Below, one piece after another: positions 12,561 through 25,480 of a DNA stretch of 64,000 nucleotides. The notes below the pieces were generated by a model, which saw only the letters and a program-made list of their open reading frames with translations, ran no database searches and was not told the DNA's origin. The DNA lies in assembly GCF_009834535.1 (NCBI RefSeq), contig NC_045697.1, positions 96,908,001-96,972,000 on the forward strand, in the 5' to 3' direction. Source of the stretch: Camelus ferus. Taxonomy: Eukaryota. Both the position numbers and the translations under genes were made by a program. How positions within the stretch are numbered: position 1 is the first letter of the stretch; each line of letters begins with the position of its first letter.

Positions 12561-12900
12561 GGGCTGAGGGAACAGAGGACTTTATTTCCTGCAGCCTGGC
12601 CCCAGCCAAGCCCCCAACATACTTCCTGATTAACCCCACTCCACCCACCATGCTGAGTTGCTGCAGGCCTCTTAACATTGCCCCTCCCTGTAGCTAAAGG
12701 AGCAGAAATAACTCTTTGTCTGCTGGGAGGAAAGAGGCCCATCAAGGAGGGGGCAAATGACTGGTTGTCTAATCATAAGGCTGGTGGATAGCTGAGAAGC
12801 CAGCCACACCTTTGGAGCCCAGGGGGCCAGTGTGAGGGATCCTTTCTAGGCTGGACACATCTCTTGGTCCCTCTGACCTTTTCACTTGGGACCAAGCCTT
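12560..12900. promoter_or_regulatory. Decayed copy of the HADHA/HADHB bidirectional promoter and HADHB exon-1 region
   Basis: GC-rich stretch between the antisense HADHA exon 1 and the HADHB ATG. Degenerate GC boxes (ccccactccaccc, gaggggc), ETS-like acttcctg, CCAAT-like ctgattaa/ctaatca, tgacctt half-site; no CpG left in this stretch. Confidence 0.7.
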
Positions 12901-14862
12901 GCCCACAGCAGAAGCCTCAACAGATGTGAGCTAAGGTGGGATGATTTCAAGATGACTTCCATCTTGACTTTGAAAATCTTGCCAGTATGTCAAAATGGGC
13001 CCTCAGGTTTTCTGTAAGACTTCTGAGCTGTTCCTACCAGCTACCAGCTGCCCTACCCACCCAAACCAAATCAAGAAGACTTTGGCTAAACCTTGTATAA
13101 GGAATGTGGTGGTGGTATTCACATTCCCTTTTTGCTGTCAGGTACTTTATATAAAGACCAGATGCCACATGATTCAGCTAGAGAAGCACTTCTGGATTTG
13201 CCGCATCAGACCAATGTCCCAAGGGAAGTTGCTGATTATATAATTTTGGGCACAGTTGTACAGGAAACGAAAACAAGCAATGTGGCTAAAGGATGCCCTA
13301 TGAGCTGACCTTTCTGACAAGACTCTTGCTCACATTGTCACCATGGCTTGCATTTCTGCAAACCAAGCCAGGACCACGAGTGTTGGCTTGATTACCTCTG
13401 GCCAGTAAGATGTGGTCGTAGCAGGTGGTGTAGAGTAAACATCCTACATCCCTATTTATCATTCAAGGAATATCAACCTTAATCTCAATAAGTCTAAGAC
13501 TCTAGGTCAGTGACTATCTTTAATCTCTAAATTTAGATTGAATTTCCTATCATCTGAGCACCCTACAGTGGCCAAGTTCTCCACCACTGAGACTATGCAT
13601 CACTCTGCAGACTGACTTGCTTCTGCCTTGCTATTTCTCGACTGGAACACAATGAGTGTACACTGATCTTGCACAACCTGGCCAAGAAGGCATAGGATGA
13701 AGGACTCCTTTCTGATGCTGTATGTCTTCAAAGCAGGAAAAGATACAAATATCAAATAGTGGCATTTGTCCTTCCTAGAACAAACGGTCAAACTAAAACG
13801 TGCATTCATCAAGCCCTACAGCACAGTGACAGCTACAAATTCTTCTTCTCTGACTGATGTTGCATCTGCAATGCTGATTATAGCAAAGGAAAAAGCTCTG
13901 ACCATGGGTTATATAAGTCAAAGGCATATTTGAGGGATTTTGTGTATCTGTCTCCAGATTCAAAAGATCAACTTCTACTCAGACCAACATATGCTACTCT
14001 AAAAGTGCTAGAAAAGGAAGGATTAACAATGAATGATATTGAAGCTCTTGTATTTCATGAAGCTGTCTTAGGTCAGATTTTGGCTAATAGTAAAGCTGTG
14101 GATTCTGATTGGTTTGTGCAAAACTACATGGATAGAAAAAAACAAGGTTGGATTGTATCCTTTGAGTAAGTTTAACAACTGGGGTGGATCATTATCCCTG
14201 GGACACCTGTATGGAGCCACTGGCTGCTGGCTAGTCATGATAGCTGCCAACAGATGATGGGAGGAAGCAGGCCAGTATGGCTTAGTGGCTGCCTATGCAG
14301 CTGGCGTGCAGGGCCATGCTATGATAGTGGAAGCTTATCCAAAATAACAGACCAGGAAGAAGTGACTTGGGGTTTCTGTGCAACACTAACACTAGACAAG
14401 GCCATTTCAAACATTATTAAATGGCATATATAGTTCCTAGCTCCTCTTAGGAAAACACAGTTTGTGGCCTTCTGTTAAATCTTTACCTTGCTAGTGTTCT
14501 GAGCTTTTCAATAATCACGGTTTACTGCTCTTTCAGGGATTTTTTAGTCACCGGAATCTTACACAGTGATATGTTTAAGCAATTGTTTTTAGTCTCTATT
14601 TTCATTAAAGATTAAACAAGTGGTTGCAATTTCTCAAGAAAGAGATTAGCTGAGGGTTTGAATCAACTTTGTAACACTGGCAAATTATATACATTCCTAT
14701 TTGTGACCTAAAGATAAATGGTTTCTATAAAATACAAACCAATATGCCACTATCTTTATGGAAAGATAATTCAGAATTTAAACATCACTGAAAACTTACA
14801 GCAAATGTTTAGATACATAAATACCACATTGGTTAACCTTAAAGTGGAGAAGTGTTGGGGGG

Positions 14863-17800
14863 AAAAGTTCTTTAGAGACAAGGAAAATAAGATAATATTT
14901 GTTTGAAAGTGATACTAACAATGTATTTGATTATACATGCTTATACATATATCATGTACATATATGTGTATACATATATGCTTATGTGTACTTATATACA
15001 AGTAAAAAGAACAGCAATGATACATAGGATGAAAAGAAGGAATTAGAATTATTTTGTTATTATAAGATACTCATGCTACCCATAAAGTGGTATACTGTCA
15101 TTTGAAAGTGGACTTATCAGATGTAAATGTCTATTAAAATATTTATGTTTACCCTAAGACAACCATAAAACTAGTAAAAAAAAAAAAAGAGAGAAGTATA
15201 TCTATATGTTGAAAAAGGGAAAAATGGACTCAAAAAACGCTCATTTGAAACTACAAAGGCAGAAAAAAAGTGGAAGACGAAAACAGGAACAAAGAAGGAG
15301 AGCATTAAACAGAATACAGTAACAAATATGGTAGATTTGAGTCCAAATATATCAAGGATCACTTTGAACATCAATGGTCCAAATGCACCAATTAAAAGAT
15401 TAAGATTATTGGAACAAATTACAAAACAAGACCCAATTATCCGATGGCTACAATTAACTTATTTTAAATATAAAGACACACACAGATTAGAAGTAAATGG
15501 CTGAAGAAAAATATATCATAGTTATACTAATCAAAAAAGCATGAGTAGCTATATTAATTTCAAATGGAGCAGATTTCAAAGCAAGGAAAGTTATCAGGGA
15601 AAAAGAAGGGCATTATGTAATGATAAAGAGGTAAATTTTCCACAAATTATAATCCTTAACGTGTATATGCCTAACAAGAGAGCATCAGACTATGAGAGAC
15701 AAACTGATAAAACTACAAGGAAAATAGATGAATCTACTACCATAGTTGGATATTTCAAATCTCTCTCTCTCAGAAATGGACAGATAGAGCAAGCAGAATA
15801 TCAGTAAGGACATAGCTGAACTCAACAACACCATCAATAAACTGGATATAAATGACATTTATAGACTAAATCTTCTAACAACAGCAGCATACACATCCTT
15901 TTCAAGCTCATATGAACATTCACCAACCTGAAATACATTCTCTATCTAAACACATTAAAAAGTTTAAAAGAACAGAAATCATAAAGCATCTACTCTTAAT
16001 TCACAATGAAATTTAACTTGAAGTCAGTCAGTAATAGATAGATAACTGGAAAATCCCAAAATACGTGGAGATTAAACACACTTCTAAATAACACATGGGT
16101 CAAAGAAGAAATCTAGGGAGAAATTTTAAATATTTTTTCCTAAATTAAAATTTAAAAATAGCTTATGAAAAATTGTAGGATACAGCAAAAGCAGTACTTA
16201 GAGGGAAATTTATAGCATCAAATGCATGTTAGAAAAGACGATCTAAAATCAATAATGTAAGTTTCCATATTAAGAAACAAACAAAAAATAACAAATTAAA
16301 TCCAAAGTAGGCATAAGAAAATAAATAATAAGAATTATAGCAGAAATCAATGGAATTTAAAACAAGAAATAGATTAAATCAACAAACCAAAGCTGTTTCT
16401 TTGAAAAGATCAAATAAACAGTTACATTTCTAGCCAGACTGAGAGAAAAAGAGAAGACATAAATTACTAATAATAGAAATGAAAGAAGTAGCATCACTAC
16501 AGATTCAATGGACATTAAAAATACAATGAAGGAATACTATGGGCAACACTGTCCACAAATTTGACAACCTAGATTAAATGGATCAATTTCTTTAAAGATA
16601 TAATTTGCCAAAACTCACAGAAAAGAAATAGACAATCTAAGCCCTACTTTTATTTAAAAAATTGAATCAATAATTAATAACCTCCCAAAACAGGAAGCAT
16701 AAGGCCCAAATGGGTTCACGGATGAATTATACCAAACATTAAAGAAATAAATTGTATCAATTATCTACAATGCTTTTCAGAGGATGAAAGCAGAAGAAAT
16801 ATTTCCTAACTCATTCTATGTGGCCAGTTTCACCCTAATACTAAAACCAGATGAAGAGATTACAAGAAAAAAAAATATATAGACCCAAATCTCTCATGAA
16901 CATAGATGCAAATTCCTCAGTAAAATATTAGCAAGTTGAGTGCAACAATGTATAAAAAAATTGTGCCTTACAAACAAGCGGGATTTATTCCTGCTAAGCA
17001 AGGCAAGTTGAGCATTCAAAAATCAGTTTATGTAATCCATCAATAAGCTAAAAAAGCAAAGTCACATGATCATAGTAATAGATGTAGAAAAGGTATTATA
17101 TAAAATCTAATCACCATTTATGATAAAAACTCTCAGTAAACGAGGAATAGAGTCAAACATCCTCAATTTGATAAAGCATATTTATAAAAATTCTACAGCT
17201 AACGTCAAACTTAATAATGAGAACTGTGAAGTTTTGCCACTAAGATCAGAATAAGGCAAGGATGTCTCTTCTCATCACTCATTTTCAGTATTTTAGTGGA
17301 AGTTTTACCTAGTCCAATAAGACATGAAAAGGAAGTAAATGGTATACGGATTGGGAAGAAAGAGATAATTAACTTTGTTTGTAGATGACATGATCATCTC
17401 AGTGTAAAAACACTGCAAGAAATGACAAAAAGCCTCCTGAAACTAGTAAGTGATGATAGCAAGTTTGAAGGATACAAAGTTAATAAACAAAAGTCTATTA
17501 CTTTCCTTTATATCAGCAATGAACAAGCAGAATTTGAAATTAAAAACACAATACCATTTACATTAGCACTAAAAAAAGGGAAACACTGATGAAAGAAGAA
17601 CTAAATAAATGGATAATTCATGCTCATGCATAAGAAGACTCAACATTGTCAATATTGTTAAGATGTCAGGTATTCCCATCTTGTTCTATAGATTTAATGC
17701 AATCCTAATCAAAACACTAGCAAGTTATTTTGTGGATATGGACAAATTGATTCTGTGGTTTATATGGAAAGTCAAAAGAACTAAAATAACCAATAAACAT

Positions 17801-19362
17801 TTAAGAAGAACAAAGTTGGAAGACTGACATTACCTAACTTCAAGACTTACTATAAATCTACAGTAATCAAGAAAGCATGGAATTTGTGACAGAATAGAGA
17901 GCCCAAAAGAAGACATAAATATAGTCAACTGATTTTTGCAAATGAGCAAAACAATACTATGGAACAATGAGAGTTTCTTCAACAAATGGTGCTGGAGCAA
18001 CTGGACATCCACATGCAAGAATAAATACATAAAATGAGTTGAGACACAGAGCTTACATCCTTCATAAAAATTAACTCAAAATGGATCACAGATGTAGGTG
18101 TAAAACACAAAACTCTAAAACTCCTAGAAGATAACAGAAGAAAACCTAGATTACCTTGGGTATGGCAATGACTTTTTAGATACAACATAAAAGGCTTGAT
18201 CCCGTGAAAGAAATAATTTATAAACTGGATTAATTAAATTTACAAACTTTTGTTCTATGAAAGATAGTATCAAGAGAATGAGAAGACTAAACCATAGACT
18301 GGGAGAAAATATTTGCAAAAACACATCTTGTAAAGAACTGTTACCTGAAACATACAAATAATTTTTAAACCTCAACAGCAAGAAACAAACAACCTGATTT
18401 TAAAAACTGCACAGGTAACTCATCAAAAAACTGGTACACAGATGGCAAATAAGCATATAAAAGATACTCCTCATCATCTCATCAGGGAAATGAAAATTAA
18501 AACAAGGAGATACCAATACAAACCTATTAGAATAACTGAAATCCAGAACACTGACAACAAATGCTGGAGCAACATGAACTCTAATTCACTGCTGATGGCA
18601 ATGCAAAGTGGTACAGCCACTTGCAAAGATGACTTGTTTCTTACAAAAGTAAGTACACTCGTAGTATACGATCTAGCAATCATGATTCTTGGTATTTACT
18701 CAAAGGACTTGAATACTTGTTATGTCCACACACAAAAACCCGCGCATGGATGTTTATAGCACCTTTATTCACGATTGCCAAAACTTTGAAGTAATGAAGA
18801 TGTCCTTCACTGAGTGAATAAATATATAAACTGTGGTACACACAGACAATCGAATATTATTCATCACTAAACAGAAATGAGCTATCAAGCCATGAAAAGA
18901 CATGGAGAAACCTTAGATGCATATTACTAAGGGAAAGAAGCCAATCTGAAAAGGTTATGTACTTATGATATCAACTCTATAATATTCCAGAAAAGACAAA
19001 ACAATAGATACAATAAAAAGATCAAGGGTTGCAGGTGGGTGTGTGGGAGGGAGGAATAAATAAACAGAGAGAATTTTAGGGCAGTGAAAGTATCATATCA
19101 TAATGATGTATACATGTCATTATACATTTGTCCAAATCCATAGAATTTACAATATCAAGAATGAACCATAATGTAAATTATGGCCTTTGGGCAACCATGA
19201 TGTATCAATGTAGGCTCACTAAGTCTAACAAATGTACCGCTCTGATGGGGGATATTGATAATGGGGGAAGCTGTGTGTGTGTGGAGGCAGGTGGTATATG
19301 GGAAATCTCTGTACCTACCCCTCAATTTGTGAACCTAGTACTACTCTAAAAAATAAAGTCTT
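14863..19362 (+). mobile_element. Old L1 (L1MC1/2-like), from the ORF1 end through ORF2 to the 3'UTR
   Basis: Resumes the L1 ORF1 end after the TSD; decayed EN/RT sequence; L1MC-type 3'UTR (catgtcattatacatttgtccaaa...tatatgggaaatctctgtacct...aaaaataaagtc). Confidence 0.9.
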
Positions 19363-20371
19363 TTTAGCTTGTTTTAATATAAATCTGGATTCAAAAATGT
19401 CTCTTTGCTGAAACTATTGTCTCTAAGTTTATAGGCAAAATTGTACTTATTTAAATCAAACTGCTATCAGTTGAGCTGAATTAATTTTATTCTTAACAGG
19501 ATGAGAATATTTTTATTATTAAGTCAAACTCAGTTTAAGGCATTTGCAGAATACTTAACAATAAAGATTAAAAATTCTGAGGTAGAGTCAGATCTGATAG
19601 CTTTATGTATTTAAAGTTCCTTTTGTTATTTTTAATCCTCCTTGTACATATTCTCAGAGAATGCAATTCAGTGTTTGAGGCAAACTCAATTACTGAAATT
19701 CACAGTGTATGTGAAAATTTAAACTATGTTTAAGGACATCATTGAGATGTGGGGGAAAATATAGACTACTCTAGAAAATCATAACTAGGAGACTAAGATG
19801 AACATTTATTTACTCAAGGGGAAAAAATATAATTACTCTTGAGATCTGCAGAATTATTTGATATAATCTACAGTGCTTTTTCATATTACAAAGCAAATAA
19901 TTGTAGGGGACTTTAAAATGTTAAAAGCATAAAGAAGTTTAAAAATACCATTTTTTGCTTACTTACAACTAATATCTGCAGTTACCATGTTTTGTAAACT
20001 GGTAATATATTTGTTTTCTACTATTCATATATTATTTCAGGAAGTTTCTATTCATTTATCAGAAATTTTTTACGAACATAAGGATTATTTAATATACCTA
20101 TATCTTGGTGTTTTATCATCAAGTAGAGGAGATATGTAATTATAATAATACTAAGTGCATATTTTAAATTCCCTACCTCCATTTTCCCAGGTGACAAGAA
20201 AGAGTAAAGTATGACATAGGAAATCAAAAGGGGGGAAATACAAATTTTTAAAAACTCTAGTAGTTCTTAGAGTTAAGAGAAGACACAGAATGGAGGAAAG
20301 AAAGTGAAAAGAAAAAACAGGTTTTATTTTAGATCAAAACACCTTCTACTGAGATAGGGAAAAGGGAAATA

Positions 20372-20451
20372 AGTAGATAAAGACAGATAGGTAGATAGAG
20401 AGAGACAGAGACAGAGAGATAGAGAGATAGATAGACAGATAGGCAGGCAGA
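20372..20451. repeat. (GATA)/(GAGA) compound microsatellite
   Basis: Visible directly in the sequence. Confidence 0.85.
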
Positions 20452-20866
20452 TGTTACAGACTGAATTGTGTTCCCTGAAAATTCACACATTGAAGTCCTA
20501 GGCAGAGCCTCAGAATGTGATTATATTTGAAGATGGGGGTCTTTAAATAGATAATTAAGTTAAAATGAAGCCTTTAGTGTGGGCCCCAATCTAATCTCAC
20601 TGGTGACCTTATAAGAAGAGAAAATTTGGACACACAAAGAAACAGTAAGGGTGCACTTACACAGAGGGACAACTATCTAAAACCATCAAGAGGCAGCAAG
20701 AGGAGGGCCATCTACAATCCAAGTAGAGAGGCCTCAGGAGAAACCAACCCTCTGACATTTGAATCTTGGCCCTCCAGATACCAGAACTGTGAGAAAATAA
20801 CATTTCCATTGTTTAAGTTATCCAATTTGTGGTATTTTTCTATGGCAGCCTGAGCAAAACAAAACA
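20452..20866 (+). mobile_element. MLT1B-like MaLR solo LTR
   Basis: tgttacagactgaattgtgttccctgaaaattcac...ccagaactgtgagaaaataa...gtggtatttttctatggcagcctgagcaaaac. Confidence 0.88.
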
Positions 20867-21979
20867 ATAGATGTTTTCCCTATCCTCATTTAGGATTCTG
20901 TGAGGAGACAACCTTTTCGAGTGTCTCTGTGTTAACCTGGAGCAAGCCCAACAGAGAAATGTGCCACCAGGGATTATGTCCACAATTGCCCAAAGCTCCT
21001 ACAGTTTAGAGAAGAGAGCTTTTTCCTGTGTGCTCCCTGTGGGAGACAGAAAGAGTCCATGGAAAGTCTTTCACCGCAGTAAGAGGTGAGGTGACCCTAA
21101 ATGGAAGTTGTCAGGTGGGATGACCTAAGCCATAAATACAATAGAGGCTGTGACTGTGTCACAGAAATCTGCAGTGCCAGCAAGAGTTGGCCAGCAAGAG
21201 TTGGCAAGGAACCTAGCATTTAACACCAAAGAGCCTCAGGACAGAAAAAGGGCAGCCCCATGGATCTAGAGTCACCTTCTCTTAGCAGTAGAGGCAGGTA
21301 AGCTTTTCTCTCAACAGAGAAAACAATCTGGGAGGGAGTAGGGAGGGAGAAATCCTAATAGAGCCTATGTATTTACAAAATGCCTAATAGAGATTTGGTT
21401 AAATCACATATACAAGCAAAGAAACTATAATCACCTATATACTCCCACTGTTGGTATATAAAGAAGACTCCACAACGAGTACATGTTTCTCTTTTGTTGA
21501 ACTCATAAAAGGAAACCTTTGGCTAGGCTATTAGAAGCATTTAAGCTACTGAAATTGCTGATTTGAGTGATGTTACAGTTTGATATTAAAACAGCAGATT
21601 GCATTTTATTATTTCATAAGAAAAGAAGTCTGATAGGTGGCAAGGAGACTAAACTTTAGAAGAGTTTCTAATTACTAGCCCTTATGGAGGGTCTATAGGA
21701 GCTTAAGTACAAGCAGTGTCAGTCACATCTTAGGAAGTGGAGCAATTGTGTCTTCAGTGAGGAAACATAAATAAAACTAATTATAAGGAATTGGGAAATG
21801 AAAGAATGGAAAAGAAAGATGAGGGAGTAAGTAAGGGGCAAAAAAATTAATGAACACTAATGTTTAAACCTCACTGAAATTGTATGGTTTCAAAGTATTT
21901 CCACCAAAACATATTTCTAAACCTTTGTTCCCTCAAATGTCTATGACAGGAACCCCCAAACTATAGCATGTGAGGAAAT

Positions 21980-22562
21980 CCAAACTTTGGCCAGGCTAAC
22001 CAAGAAAAAGAGAGAAGGCACAAATTACTAATGAAATGAAAGACGGGCTATCACTACTGATTCAATACACACTAAAAAGATAATAAAGGAATATTATAAA
22101 CAACCCTATGTCCACAAACTAGATAATTTAGATGAAAAGAACCAATTCCTTGAAATACACAAAATGCAAAAACTCACACAAGGATAAATAGAAAATATGA
22201 ATAGGAAAGTATACTCTAAAATAATTGAATCAATAACCAATACCCTCCCAAAAAAGAAAACATCAGGCCTACATGAGTTCACTGGTGACTTCTACCAAAC
22301 ATTTATGAAAGAAATAATACTAATTGTCCTCTCCCTGTTTCAGAAAATAAAAGCAGAGGGAACATGTCCTAATTCATTCTATGAGGCTAGCATTACCATA
22401 ATATGAAAAACAGATGAAGACATTACAAGAAAGGAAGACTACAGACCAATATCTCTCATAAGCACAGACACAAAATCCTCAATAAAAATATTAGCAAATG
22501 TAATCCCAACAATGTACAAACAGAATTATACGCAACTATCAAGTGGGATTTATTCCCTGTAT
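21980..22562 (+). mobile_element. L1 ORF2 fragment
   Basis: SGLHEFTGDFYQTF...PNSFYEASITI. Confidence 0.85.
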
Positions 22563-22792
22563 AGAATGGAAGCAGAAACTGTATTCACAAAGCCACAAAC
22601 CAAGGAATATCTGGAGCCACCAGAACTCACAAGAGGGAGAAAAGGATTTACCTGTAGAAACTTTAAGGGAACCAGGGCTCTGCTGGTACCTTGATTTCAG
22701 ACTGTATCTGCCAGATCATGAGAGAATAAATTTCCTGTTTTAAATCAGCAGGTTTGTGGTACTTTGTTCAGCAGCCACAGAAAAATAATACG
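22563..22792 (+). mobile_element. MLT1 (C/D-like) LTR, 3' half
   Basis: agccacaaaccaaggaatatctggagccaccagaa...ccttgatttcagact...gagagaataaatttcctgttttaa...gcagccacagaaaaataatac. Confidence 0.8.
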
Positions 22793-24639
22793 ATGCCTAA
22801 TGAAGTTACTCAATGTTTTGAATCCAAATGTCTTATATTCCTTTGTAAATATTCATAATATGCTGAAGATAGTTGAGCGAGATCCTCCCCTCGTCATTCA
22901 AGATATACCCTACTCAAGATGTGTTGCACATAGATTCAAGTGGGAAAAGGAACATGATTTAACTTTATGTGCCATGTTCTAGTGTACCAGTGTCACAAGT
23001 CTTCTCAATATATCCTCTTTGATAAAATGTGGAAAGCAAAAATCGACTTGGCTATTATTGCTTAGTGCAGAAAATAGAAGAGTCACAGCAGGCACGATAT
23101 AAAAGCTAGAAGGTGATTCTTCAATCAGTGAAAGAACACAGTAATAAGTAAACACTAGTGGCTGTCTGCTTGCTAAGAAGGAGACTAATTTTACCAGGTC
23201 TGAGCTAACTGCCATATTCTGGATTTAAATTAATAAAGTTGTAACAAAATTGCTTTTACACTAAGAAATCTTCTGTGTCTTCTTTGAGGGTGAGGTATGA
23301 CATGTACTTAGTAAGGTATTAAAACAAGTTGTTGGAAAAAATAGACTGAACATATGGTATAATGAACTCAACAACTCAGCAGTTTATCCATTCTTAAAAT
23401 TTTATAACAATGCTGATGGTTGAAGTTTTATGACTTTGTCCTAGATTTTTAAAAGGTATTTAAAAGTATCTTTTACAAAATAAATCATTCCACAATTAAT
23501 TATAACTTAGTACTGATCAACAAAATAGGTAACCACTTCTTAATAGCAAATATAACTACTTTGGCCACTAATAAAAGCAATAATTATCTTTTGAACTTGA
23601 AAAATAAATCTTTACATACTATGTCATTCTGTGTTTATCTTATAATAATGTTAAGATTACTTTCAGATAGTGTGCACTAATATATCGATGTATAGCAATC
23701 TATGGTAATTAATATTACTAGGATACATTTGATATGATACTTTGAAAATCACTCTGAAAAACATTGTAACACAGAAATATTGCAAAAATATGTCATTAAG
23801 AGAAAAACACAAAAATATGACATGATCCAAGTTAAGAATAATAAATCTGAATATATATATATAATTATGCATTTTTCCATAAAAATACAGTATAAGCATC
23901 AAAATACTCACAAAACTCATCTCTATAGTTTAACTTTTCATTGAGTTTTACATTTCTAAACTTCTTAAAATGAATAAGAATTCTACTCCAATAAGAATGT
24001 TATGTCTTTGCCTTCCAGGTCATTCTAAAGTAATTTTGATTTGCTAAATCTGAAATCTGAGTTTCTCTGCATATCCTTCATAATATCATACACTTCAATA
24101 AGGAGAGCAAATAAAAATAAACATAACTTACAGTTCAACATATAAGGGATAGGGATTACTACAAACCTCAATTTATGCATAAGTAGATAAATAAACATGA
24201 TACTCTAGTAGATGGCTCATACAAGAGTCCCAAGTTGAGAATGCAAGGAATATGAAGAGTTTGCACACAAAAAAGAGGAGAGCAGAGAACTCATGGGTGG
24301 CAGAGCATAGAGAAATTCATCCCAGAAAGAAAAATTCCTTTTGCTACATTAAAAAAAATTTTTTTTAAATCAGCAATAGGACCAACTAAAAACTCCTGAA
24401 AACAAGCCTGAGACCTGACAGATCTCAGCAGGAGATAAAGGGAAAATATTTGAATACATATAATAACTGAAGCAGAAGTCATAAATACCAATTACTTCTG
24501 GGAAAGTAAGAAGTAAGCAGAAATGGGCAATAATGTGTGGATACTCAGAAGCGAATAAAAAGAAAGAAGAAAGTGAGGAAATTAAGGGATCCTGAAGAAA
24601 TAAAATTAAATCACAAAGATGAAAGACACACCAAATGCT

Positions 24640-25480
24640 CCCCTCAACACCACCAAAGGAAAAAGTTACATATTAAAAAAACAAAATTACACTTTATTAC
24701 ACTTAAGAAAGTAGTCTTGAACTGATAGTCTTCTGAGATACTTCTAACCCGTAACAGCTGCCCCCAAATGAAATAACAAAAAAGAAATCTAAAACTGGGC
24801 AAATACCTATTTAAAAGACAATAGAAAGTGAGAATCAAAATAATTCAGCAGATGCAATTTTTCTTAGAAAAAAAAAAAAGGAAAGCAGAAAAAACTCTAA
24901 CGGAAAACTTCAAGCTCAACTTAATATATTTAAGCAAGCATTCAGAAATATTAACAGGGAAAAACACACCATAAATCAGGACTTTAAAAATAAGAGCATA
25001 AATGAACAATATCAACGAAGACATAAAATACTGATTGAGTTAGAAATCAGAAATAAAGAAAAAAGAAAAAATTATATCAGAAATGAAGACTAAATTACAG
25101 GATCTATATGGGGTAACAAATTCAACCCCAAATTAATGAGGGGCTTAAAAAATACAGGAAGAAAACCAAGACAATGAAAGTGGGAGACAGAATTTAAAGG
25201 ACAAAGGAGAAAGTAGTTCAAATTAAAGAGAAACAAAAATCAAGTACATATGCAGTTGTAGATTCTGAAGGAAAAAACAAAAAGAGGAATTAATATTTAT
25301 AACTATGATCCAAGAAAAATCTCTGGAATGTAAAGGAGATACCTACATACTGAAAGGGCCCAATTTATACCTGAGAAAACTGACCTTTAATAGTTAACTG
25401 CAAGACACATCCTAGTAATTTTTTAGACTAAGAACAGTATTCAACTTTAGGGGAAAAAAGAGAAAAAAATCCCCTAGACT
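24640..25480 (+). mobile_element. Ancient L1/HAL1-like ORF1 fragment
   Basis: A-rich ORF1-like sequence: atgatccaagaaaaatctctggaa...tgaaagggccca...caagacacatcctagtaa. Confidence 0.5.

Larger units (their letters stand above)
12381..14862 (+). pseudogene. HADHB: Processed (retrotransposed) HADHB pseudogene with extended 5' end and 3'UTR; CDS remnant 12952-14347
   Basis: Intronless and colinear with HADHB across broken frames: [108 protein letters not shown](14345-14347). Many stops and frameshifts. 13-bp TSD aaaagttcttcag (12368-12380) / aaaagttctttag (14863-14875). Confidence 0.97.

Noticed and set aside
12217..12678. 153-aa minus-strand ORF as a novel gene
   Set aside because: It is a chance read-through joining promoter sequence, the HADHA exon-1 remnant, intron sequence and antisense L1. 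Only the MVAS...STQ part has real homology.
20880..21360. GC-richer block, possibly an ancient LTR (Gypsy or ERVL type)
   Set aside because: Too diverged to assign a family or boundaries by eye.
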